In this document: piece by piece, positions 26,950 through 37,615 of the stretch
Numbering within the stretch: position 1 is the first letter of the stretch
How the letters are laid out: each line of letters opens with the position of its first letter
Source: Felis catus
Taxonomy: Eukaryota
Reading direction: 5' to 3'
DNA: 64,000 nt
NCBI RefSeq assembly: GCF_018350175.1
Contig: NC_058368.1
Location: 158,226,001 to 158,290,000 of the forward strand
Position numbers and translations under genes: made by a program
Notes under the pieces: generated by a model
Database searches by the model: none
What the model was told of the DNA's origin: nothing
Seen by the model: the letters and a program-made list of their open reading frames with translations, nothing else

Positions 26950-27640
26950 ATTTGCGAGAGCACCCCACTTCGCTCGCTCTCTTATTTTGGTGGAGTCACA
27001 GGGTGACGCCTGGGAGCGGTAGATCTCTACCATCAGCAGGGACTGTGCACCCCGCGCGTGGCCTGCATCACCCTCGGCGTTATTAACGCAGCCGGCTTCC
27101 CGGATGCCTACTCAAGACAGGTGGGCGGGGCGGGCGCGTTCCTCCGCTGAGCTGCCCGGAGCTCCGGGGCGGTGCCACCGGGGGAGGAGGGCGGGGAGCA
27201 GCGTGCGTCGCGTCCCGGGCCCGCCCCGCCTCGCCCCGCCTCGCCCCGCCCCACCCCGTGCCTGCCTGTGGGCCGAGGCTCACAGCAGAAACCGCGGGGG
27301 CCGAGCCCAGCCTGGAATGCAAACGTCCTGAAAACCCAGCTGAAGTCTCTGGGCCCGGGGGGGTCGGACGCAGAGTGAGTACTGATTTCGGCCGCTGGCC
27401 TCCAAGGCCGCGCGTCTGCTTCCCGGGCGAGCGCCCGGCCCTGCGCGACCCCACACTCGCACCCTGCCGCTGGCTCCCGTGGTTTGGACCCGCGCTCCTA
27501 CCGTCTTTTGACCCTAAAGATGCGTTTCTTTCCACATGGGCTCTAAGTTAAATTGTGTTATTTGGGCACCCCTCCCTCCCTGTAGGTAACACCGTTGCTG
27601 TCTCTTCAGCCGGGAATGTGTCTGGTGACCGGACGCGCGG
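26950..27640 (+). promoter_or_regulatory. CAST: CpG island / internal TATA-less promoter of CAST (1u, type III)
   Basis: Only CpG-rich, GC-rich stretch in an AT-rich window. Tandem GC boxes (CCCCGCC x3 at 27220-27257, GGGCGGGG near 27123 and 27189) and a half-CRE TGACG at 27004. Lies between exon 1z and exon 2, where the 1u promoter is known in other mammals. Edges approximate. Confidence 0.85.
27270..27374 (+). other. CAST: Alternative first exon 1u of CAST (5' end approximate)
   Basis: Strong donor cgcaga|gtgagt at 27374/27375, just downstream of the GC boxes. The TSS cannot be read from sequence. Confidence 0.7.
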
Positions 27641-29743
27641 TTGGGTTACAAAACCAGGGATTTGTGTGACCCGGGGGGAAAAAATGCAAAGAAGAAAAGC
27701 AGCAGCTATGTTAATTTAGTTTGGCATTTTTATTTCTATGGTTAGGTCCCCCCCTCCCCCTCCCCCCTCAGCCCTGCCCTCACTGTGCTGACCTCCGTTT
27801 TAGAGAATGAGCTCACTCTGTATAACCTTTCCATGTACCTGATACATTCTGGGTGTGGTGTGGCATGTGTTGTAACATGTGTTAGTTCTCTATTTCCTTG
27901 AACACAACCTGAGACTGTGGTCAGATAACATCACTGAGGGGTACTTTGTGTCTGTCTTTCAAGAATGCAAGGTGTTTTCACAGAGATTTCACAATCTCTT
28001 ATGTACTGTTAGGGTCCTAGTGTTCCTCAGTTAGAAATGGGGAGAGGCTAATTCTTTATTCCTATTTTACAGCTTGAGAAAACGAGGCAGAGGGTTTAGG
28101 AAACTTGTTTAAGGGGCAAGACCTTGGGTTCTCTGACTAGTCTTCTAGGAGCCCACCTATACAGCAGAAGAACCAGAATGCTCCATCAGCAGCTCTGGAA
28201 AGTTTCTGCTGAGATGTTTTGTGGAGCAAAAGCCTCTGCATTGCAGGGAAGGTCAATAAGGAGTGGCATCGGCTGTCCAAAGGGGGAAACTATTTTCTAG
28301 TAAATAAATATCAAGTGCCTCTTCCTGATGTTTGTGGGCACTGACTTCAACTTTTGCACACTGAGTTTTTAGTATTTAAAAGGATGATTGTTACTGGGAA
28401 TGTGGTGGGGAGGGAGTGATAATTGGGGTTCCGGGAGACAGTATAGAATTAAAATGAAGTAGTGACATTTAGCAAAATCATGCTGAAGTCGGAAAGGCTG
28501 CATCTGCTGACTGATGGAGCAAAGGGTAAGCGGCCAATAGCAATGAGGGTGGAGTGGGAATCCGTGTGTAGCAAGGACCCTTGATGTCTATTATAAACAA
28601 GTGAGTTTTGCAAACGACACTGGCAGTGTTTATGAAGCAGCACATCTAAGTATAAATGTTAGGTGTGGTTCAGTTCACATGCTTTAAAAAAAGATTCCTA
28701 GTGCATAAGAAGAGTTGATTATAGTATGAGTGGTTAATTTAGTTCCTTGATTGTTCTCTGAATTGGCCAAAGAAGGGTTCCTGTTGATCTTTTCTATTTG
28801 ATAAAATCAATCTTATTTTTCAATTCAATAAATATTTATTGAGCACTTACTATGTAGAAGTAACCATGGTAGATGCTATGGGGGTCCAGATAGGTGGATC
28901 CTGTCTCTAAGTGGCTCACAATATAGGAACGAGCTAGCATTCTAAGAACAAAAAAATATATACCTAAATGAGACAGTGTAACCAATTGAGACTTTACTGT
29001 GTGATAACTTTTTATGCCTGAAACTCATTTTTTGGAAAATATTTTACAGAGACCTGTTAAATATGTCCTGAGAAACTATAAAGCATGGTAGTTAAGAGGT
29101 CAGGCTCTTACTTTTTTAATCTGTAAAATGGGCATAATAAATGAGGATCGACCTCATTGCTACATTATCATCACATTATGTGGTGCTCAGCTCATGTCTA
29201 GAACATAGTAATTTTCACTAAATGTAGCAGTAACTATTACTATTCTGTTCCTATACAGATTTACTGATCTGTTCTTGTTCTGAAACCTATTATGGCCGCT
29301 TTCTAATAATTTATTATTGTCTAGTATAGGCAGGAGAGCACTAGTCCAACAACATCACCTTGTGAACAGTAGGGTTGTGCATGGCCTCTGTCCAGATCTC
29401 CAATGTCCATGTATATGGACTAGCTCAGAAGTCCGTATGTCCTACGAGATATTGCAAAGTACCGTTAGAAATTGGAAATAATGGGACTGAGCAATTACAG
29501 CTTTCCGTAAAAATAGGGTGTCTCATTTGTTCTTAACCAAGGGAGTTAGCAACCAATGAAAGGGTATTTTAAAATGCGTGAAAGTACTTTTGGTGATGCT
29601 TTAGCATTCACTGGGAGCAAGACAGTCCTGCTCACTTAAGAATTGTCAGCCCCCCAAAATAGAATCGTCAGCCCAAATGCCAATAGTACCCTGTTGAGAA
29701 ACATTGGGTAGCTGACATTTTTAAGTTAAAAGCTATTCACATA

Positions 29744-29948
29744 GGGGCACCTGGGTGGCTCAGTCAGTTAAGCATCCCACTTCGACTCAGGTTATGATCT
29801 CACGGTTCCGTGGGTTTGAGCCCTGTGTCGGGCTCAGTGCTGATGGCTCAGAGCCTGGGTTCTGCTTCAGATTCTGTGTCTCCCTCTCTCCGTGCCCCTC
29901 CCCCACTCACACACTATCTCTCAGAAATAAAAAGTTAAAAAAAATTTT
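29744..29948 (+). mobile_element. CAN-SINE
   Basis: Head, body and tail; degenerate TSD aaaag(c/t)tattca(c/a)atag. Confidence 0.9.
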
Positions 29949-31909
29949 AAAGTTATTCAAATAGAAAACATGCAATGCAGTTGTTGGTGACAACCATTGT
30001 ACTTTCCCAGTATGCAGATTATTAATTCAGTATATCAGAAAAACTATAGGATTTCTCTTACAAGGTCAGACACATTGGTGCAAAAACACATATTCCATGT
30101 TTATATAGTCTTCCAAATGAGAGTATTGCAAGTTATAATGTAAAAGAAGATACAAAGATATATATGTATACAGAAGAGCATAGATTGTGGGTTTTTTATT
30201 TAAACCAGACCAACCAATTAGTTCACATTTGGGAAAAAGTAAGTAGTTCCACTAAGTAGTAATGATACCTTAAACATTTATTGCCGATGGATTCCTAAGG
30301 AATGAAGAATGTAACTGCCATCTAAGTAATTAGATGAAATCTAATTGCAGATATTTGTTAAAGCACTTTAATGAAAAGGTTATTGGTCTTCAGACAGAGA
30401 ATGCAGGGCAATAGGGTAATTCCAGACTAATCCATAGCAGTAGGGGTCTCCCAATCCTTGTCTGGGATGTGCTGCACCCCCTTTGAATTCTCTAAGACAG
30501 TGTTCCATGCTGTGTAGTCTGGAGAGCATTTGCATCAAAGTCACCTGGGATGCTTAGTTAAAAATGGAAATTTACCAGGCTCTCTCTCAGATGTACGTAG
30601 TCAGAATCAATGAGAAATCTATGGCTTAATGAGCTCTCTAGATAAATTTGTACACCTGTAAAGTTTGATAACCACTATTCTAGGAAGTAAGTTGGACTAT
30701 CCAGAGCCTTTATAGAAGTTGTCTTCTTCTGGCCTTAGCAGTACAGTAAAATCTCAGTGAATTTACTAAAAATTCTAGCTATCCATAGGAACTCCAACTT
30801 CTGAATCATACTGAGGCTCTGAACTGAACTGGTTAACATTTGTGATGCACAAGCAAGGGCCTAGACTAATTCCATTTCACTCAAAATTGCACCAAGAGAT
30901 GGAGGCCAGCTTAGTATGCGAGTGTACCCTTTGGACTCCATAAACTCTGGATTCTGTAATGGGTTGAGGTCCTCTGCACAAGTGACATAAGTATAAAGAC
31001 CTAGGTTAGACCTTGGAGCCTCTGGAGTTGCTCTGAACAGAGTTGTTAGTAGAGGGGCAGAGAACTGTTCCCACAGAGAAACCAGGGGCTCAGTCTACTG
31101 TGTAGTGTTCCTTTATCATCTATACTAACAGGGTGGGCAGAGAAAGTAGAAAGACAATTTGTACACGTTTCAGTTATGTGCTTTTTATATGTCCTCCTTA
31201 TGAAAATAGAAAATTGTCTTTATATCAACATGGTAAATCTTTTTATATAACGCCATTAGTATGGCTAGTCATCATTAGAATCCTGGAATATAAATATTTT
31301 CCTGCTAAAATATATACCTTGAATGCTTTGACACATCCATCTTTTCATAATATTGTATTTACAGAGATGTATCAGAGAGCTTGGTCTACAGCAGCAAATT
31401 GAAATGAGAAGCCAGAATTTTAATCTTCCAGGATTCTTCTCTTTTTATATTCACCGTCTATTTATCCCTGTCTTTATTTATGTTAAAATGTATCCATTAT
31501 GTCTATCAATTTGGAATAGAAAGGGATTCTTCCTTTAATATTCAGACTAATTTTTTTAGGCATGCACAATGTATTTTAAATATTTGAAAGCCTTCAAATG
31601 TTTGAAAGATGGGAATGCATGCTCGACTTTGTCACAAAGCCCATTACCCTCTCTTCCTGCTGACCTGATAGACTTATTCACAACACCTGGCACATATATT
31701 CCTTTGAATTTTAGACCCCAGTCTACAAAGTAAGACAAATATTATTTTCTGAAAATTCAATTAGTTATTTGAAAATTGCATCCTTGTATTATCTACATGT
31801 ATACATATATGTGTGTGTGTGCACACACGCACATACTTAACAGCTGAGCTGTATACTGAATGTGTATTTCATTAGGAGTTTCTCTATAGGTCAAAAATAT
31901 TTGCCTTTA

Positions 31910-32138
31910 TTTATTTATTTTTTTAATTTTTTTTCAACGTTTTTTTATTTTTGGGACAGAGGGAGACAGAGCATGAATGGGGGAAGGGCAGAGAGAGAGG
32001 GAGACACAGAATCAGAAACAGGCTCCAGGCTCTGAGCCATCAGCCCAGAGCCTGACGCGGGGCTCGAACTCACAAGACCGCGAGATTGTGACCTGGCTGA
32101 AGTCGGATGCTTAACCAACTGCGCCACCCAGGCGCCCC
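31910..32138 (-). mobile_element. Young felid SINE
   Basis: Perfect 17-bp TSD aaaaatatttgccttta (31893-31909, 32139-32155). Confidence 0.93.
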
Positions 32139-33738
32139 AAAAATATTTGCCTTTAAAATGACAGCAGTATTGGGATTAGTGATGTCTATCGCATACTCTT
32201 GACTTAGAGCATAAGAAAGGTGTTAGAGGTATAATCACAAGTATTGAGTGTCCCTGGGTTTTAAAACCATAGATTGGAGAGGACAAATATTCTTGAGGTA
32301 TGGCAAGGCTGTCTTTTTAGGGAACATCTAGGCTCTTCATTAACCTGAGCTGGCAATATCAGCACCAAAAATCTTCCTTTAAAAACTGGCTGGAAAGTAC
32401 TTTTGCAAAACAATTCTGTAAAACTATCCTAGTATCTTATGTAGTCTGATTCCTTCCTTTTAACCTAATGAAAGTGTGAAGAGACTAAGTTTGTCACCAG
32501 GAAGAAAGTGCCAATAGATAATAGATGGTAGAAACCAGTGGTTATTTCATTAACTCACTATCAAGCCATCTTGTTTTAAGCTATCTAAAAAGCAGTGATT
32601 TTCAATGTCAAGGAGGTTCAGAATCACCTGAATCACAGCTTTTCAGTGTACAATCTCTACTCCCTCTTCTTCCTGCCCTTTCCCTTTCATAAGTTTCTGG
32701 GTGTTCATTGACTCCCTCTGTCCATACTGTCTTTGAGCGACCTTTCCTGGGCCAAGAACCAGTGACCTAAGGTGTTAAAGCTTGGCCAGTTATATTGCCC
32801 AGTGGTTTTACATAACATTGATTGTCAACAAACATGCACATTTCTGGTACAAAATGTTTAAATAATTATGACTTCTGGTATATTTTGCATAAAGTTTCAG
32901 TGGTTTGAATTACTGATCCTTTTTTCCCTGACAGTATTATAAAACTAAATTATTTTCCATAGTCTAGTTTACTCTAACCTTGAGTTTTAAACAATCGAGT
33001 AATTAATCATTGTTTGGGATTTTAGCCAAAAAGTGTCTACATCACTAAGAAACAATGTACCCTCGTGCTCAATATTCATAGATCAAAAAGGAAAGATTAC
33101 CTTCTTTTGGCCATTCAGTTTGAGCCTTCCCTTTCTCTCAAGAATCTATTGATGATTGCAGTGATTGGTGCTGAATTATTCTCAAATAATGTTCTTGTGG
33201 TGAGACAGGATTCCAAGTCTTAGAAATTAAAATTGTTTCCTTCTCTAGTCCTTCTGACAATCATATTCTTACACCCCTTCAAATATTTCCAAACGTTGAA
33301 TGTGATGAACAGTGATGTACTTATTTGCAACTAAAATATTTGCAAAATACCCCAGGTGATTTCCAGTTGAACTGGTGGTAAAGCACATCTTCTCTGTGTA
33401 TGTGTAACTACATTCTCTACAGTTTTCTATGAGCCGGTGAACTGAAAGTTTGTTTGCCATTCAAAATGGAGAGACAGTCAATAGGAAATAAAAGCTTAAC
33501 AAAGAACATTCAAGCTAGTGCTGATAATCTGAAAATAATTCTAGAATGCTCTGGGGGAGGGGTTAGGTCCAGTAGTAGCATGTATGTAGTTTGGGGAAGC
33601 TTTCTAGGATCTAGATATTTAAAAATAAAGGGGAAGAGAAAGGAACCACCCATTGATTAATTTATTGAACAACTACTTTGCTAAGTGATTTACATAGGGT
33701 TTCATTTAATCCTCTTAATTAAGAGTTGCATATTTTGT

Positions 33739-33845
33739 GGGGCACCTGGCTGGCTCAGTCGGAAGACCACGTGACTCTTGATTTCAGGGTTATGAGTTCA
33801 GGCCCCACATTGATTGCAGAGATTACTAAAAAACAGTTTAAATAA
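33739..33845 (+). mobile_element. Short tRNA-derived CAN-SINE lacking the CT region
   Basis: ggggcacctggctggctcagtcgg...gagttcaggccccac...gagattact plus A-rich tail. Confidence 0.75.
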
Positions 33846-34241
33846 CAGAGAGGAATGTGTATCTAAATACAAAGAAGCACTAGAAATCAATATTGTGTTC
33901 TTTATTGTTATGCTCCATATCTTAATACAGTTGAAATTCTCTGATGGATGAGGTTTCCTGTTTGTGTGAATGAGTATTGTACACTAACTGGAATTAGCAA
34001 ATAATGGTTCTGTTGACAGAGTTTCTTGAGACTCTCTAATGGGCAGTAGAGAAGAGATAAATTAGCCATCTTTGAAAATGGTGAAAATTAAATTACAGGA
34101 TTAAGTAGTACATAACTGAGAAGTCCCTTATGTAAGAAATATAGAACTTTTTACTTAGATAAGCTGCAGTGTTCATATTTTTACATCAGTTTCAAATGAA
34201 GCTTACTTTAAAATCTATTCTTCTATTCCGTTGATTTTTTT

Positions 34242-35365
34242 ATGAACTTTTTTTTTAATTCAAGTTAGTTAATGTACAGTGTAGTCTTGTCTCTAGGAGT
34301 AGAACCCAGTGATTCATCTTTTACACATGACATCCAGTGCTCATCCCGAAAAGTGCCTTCCTTAACTCCCATCACCCACTTAACCTAACACCCTCACCCC
34401 TCTCCAGCAACCCTTAGTTTGTTGTCTAAATTTAAAAGTCTCTAATGGTTTGCCCCCTCTCTGTTTTTATCTTATTTTTCTATCCCTTCCCCTATGTTAA
34501 TCTGTTGAGTTTCTCAAATTCCACATATGAGTGAAATCATATGATATTTGTCTTCCTCTGACTTACTTTGCTTAGCATAATACTCTCTAGTTCCATCCAC
34601 ATTGTTGCAAATAGCAAGATTTCATTCTTTTTCATTTCTGAGTAATATCCCATTGTATATATATATACACCACATCTTTTTTTTTTTTTTTTTTTTTTTC
34701 AACGTTTATTTATTTTTGGGACAGAGAGAGACAGAGCATGAACGGGGGAGGGGCAGAGAGAGAGGGAGACACAGAATCAGAAACAGGCTCCAGGCTCCGA
34801 GCCATCAGCCCAGAGCCCGATGCGGGGCTCAAACTCACGGACCGCGAGATCGTGACCTGGCTGAAGTCGGACACTTAACCGACTGCGCCACCCAAGCGCC
34901 CCTACACCACATCTTCTTTATCCATTCATCATTTGATGGACATTTGGCCTCTTTCCATAATTTGGCTACTGTTGAAAGTGCTGCTGTAAACATTGGGGTA
35001 CATGTGCCCTCTTTGAATCAGCATTTTTGTATACTTTGGATAAATTTCTAGTAGTGCAATTGCTGGGTCATAGGGTAGTTCTATTTTTAACTTTTTGAGG
35101 AACCTCCACACTGTTTTCCAGCGCGGCTGCACCAGTTTGCATTCCCACCAACAGTACAAGAGGGTTCCCCTTTCTCCACATCCTTGCCAACATCTCGTTT
35201 CCTGAGTTGTTCATTTTAGCCACTCTGACAGGTGTGAGGTGGTGTCTCATTGTTGTTTTGATTTGTATTTCCCTGATGATGAGTGATGTTGAGCATTTTT
35301 TCATGTGTCTGTTAAGCCATCTGGATGTCTTCTTGGGAAAAGTGTTTATTCATGGCTTCTGTCCA
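34242..35365 (-). mobile_element. 5'-truncated carnivore L1 (ORF2 C-terminus plus 3' UTR) interrupted by a young SINE
   Basis: Minus-strand ORFs [27 protein letters not shown] and [32 protein letters not shown] are L1 ORF2 C-terminal motifs (frameshifted). Flanked by tcc(g/a)ttgattttttt. Confidence 0.93.
34679..34902 (-). mobile_element. Young felid SINE nested in L1
   Basis: 13-bp TSD tacaccacatctt (34666-34678, 34903-34915). Confidence 0.93.
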
Positions 35366-35736
35366 TTGATTTTTTTTTTTTCTTCCTTAGGGGAAAGTGG
35401 GATGAAATGCAGTGAAATGCAGTTGTTATTTTTCCCATTTTACAGACAAGGAAACTGAGGTGAAGAGCAATTAAGGAATTTGCTCATTTCACACAACTGG
35501 TAGCAGAGCTAGAATTCATACTCAGGTGTCTGGCTACAGAGCCATTATCCTAACCACTAAACAACACTACCTCTTTAATATTTGAAAAGTTTAAAGTTGC
35601 TGTCAGACATTTGTGAAATTGTTTTGCTTGTATGGTTTCCAGAATGACATTTGATTTCATTTCACATTTTCATTTTGATTATTTGAAAATCAGCTTGGAC
35701 AAGGGAACCTTGTTATAATCCCTACTATTTAAGCCT

Positions 35737-35936
35737 TTTAATAAATGTTTATTTATTTTTGAGAGCGCGAGCATGAGTGCACCTGAGTGGGGAATGGCAG
35801 AGAGAGGTGGACAGACGATCGGGGCAGACTTTTCACTGACAGCAGAGAGCCAGAAGCAGGGTTTGAACTCAAGAACCATGAGATCATGACCTGAGCTGAA
35901 GTGCACACTTAACTGACTGAGCCTCTCAGATGCTCC
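35737..35936 (-). mobile_element. CAN-SINE, diverged
   Basis: Reverse SINE head; TSD tatttaagcctt. Confidence 0.85.
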
Positions 35937-37569
35937 TGTTATTTAAGCCTTCTAATTAAGAACATGCTTCACTGGGAAGCTGGATGGTCATGTGACAGGC
36001 CTGTATTTCAGTTCCCCCATGAGTGGTTTGGTCTCAGTATTTCTTCACAAACTTCCTCTCGTTTTCTGTTAGAGTCTATCATCCTTGTAGATACTGAGTT
36101 TTGTACTTGGTTTTGTAACACAGGGACTCACAAAAGTTCTCAAGTTCTCTCACTCTCCATTAGGTCCATGCCTGAGGAATGAATTTGAAAGCCCGATGGA
36201 AGCCAGGCTAAAAGGCCCTGAGACAGCTGTTCAGCAGAGCTGAGAATTGTTTTTTGTACAAATCTTGTCCTCACTAACCATATATGCATTAATGAGCTCA
36301 TAATCTTTTAGGACTTGTACAAATCTGTGTTCCTGCTACCAAGATTCCTCTTCCTTGACTGATTGGAACTTAGATCTAAACAGGCTATACATTTGAATCC
36401 GAAGAAAATACAATAATGTAAAATAATATTACTCTTTTTATCCTAAGGCAAATAACATTTGTGTGTAACTTCTCCAAGCAGTGGTCACCACAGAACTGCT
36501 CTACCATTGTGAGAGTGAAGAAAGAGAAACTTTTGAGGCTGCTGGTGTTCATAAAATTTTTAAAAATCACTGATTTGAATTCCTTACTATGTGCCAGGCA
36601 CTGAGCCAAGCACTTTATAAACATGCCATCATTTAATCCTCACTGTTTTTATACCCATTTAAACAAATTAAAAGTTGAGCAGCTTGCTTGAATTTACACA
36701 GCTGGAATTAGACCCCAGGTCTATGGGACTCCAGGGGCTATCCACCAGTATTTCCCATTTGCACATCTGTCATTGGGTATATTACTCAATAAGTTTCACA
36801 TCATTGTAGCTAGAATATCAGAGTTGCTGAACTATAGAACATTCAAGCCTGAGGCTAAGGCTCAGGGTCACACGGCTTGTCAAGGGCAGTCACTCTGAAC
36901 CCAAATTCAGGAAAAAATGCTGCCTTTTCTACTCTTTGATGACTAAACTAGGCTGTGTGGCATGCCCATTTCCTTTGCCCACAAAATAATTATCACTCCA
37001 GAAAAAAAGAAAACAAAAAACAAGGGAAAGTTGGAGTTTGCAAAAACAGTGAAAGTTGCTTTGGACCAGGAGTTCAACTTCATACCTTTTGTGGATTATT
37101 TTTGAGTGTTTGGGGTGATCCAGTGTCAATGCTTATAATCAGATGCTTCCAGGGTGTGGCCAAAACTTCTATAAACTCTGGTGTGGATTTAGCTCACAGA
37201 TCAGCTGTGGCTATTGTCCTGGCTGCCAGGCAACGTTTGGCTGTTTATTTTGAGATCTACCCACATGTTGCATCAGAGGCCAAAACTTCATGAGGCTCTT
37301 CACTTCCCAGAGCAAGAAGTGCTCAGGCTTCTATTTTTATCTTAAATCTCTGTGTCCATTTTAATATATTTCGTGAATGTGCTGTGTACTCAGTTGAGAT
37401 GGAATCATTTCATTTTCCCCAGATAGTGTTCACATTGCCTCATTTCTCAGTACTCTACTTCATCTAGCCTATTACACTCTGGACTGAATAGCTCTTCCCA
37501 CCTCTGAGTCTTGCTCAAGCTGTTTTGCTCACTTGGAATGACTGTGCTGGCTCAGCCCCCATCTCCATT

Positions 37570-37613
<44 letters not shown>

Positions 37614-37615
37614 GA
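37570..37615. repeat. (GTT)n trinucleotide microsatellite
   Basis: Read directly; about 15 units. Confidence 0.95.

Noticed and set aside
27083..27535. 150-aa minus-strand ORF and other overlapping ORFs at the CpG island
   Set aside because: Arg/Pro/Gly-rich translation expected from stop-poor GC-rich DNA; no recognisable domain.
33739..33845. tRNA-like sequence with A/B-box similarity
   Set aside because: It has a CAN-SINE head and A-rich tail and no convincing cloverleaf; treated as a SINE rather than a tRNA gene.
34602..35458. ORFs of 76-149 aa
   Set aside because: Frameshifted L1 ORF2 remnants and SINE-derived antisense frames, not genes.
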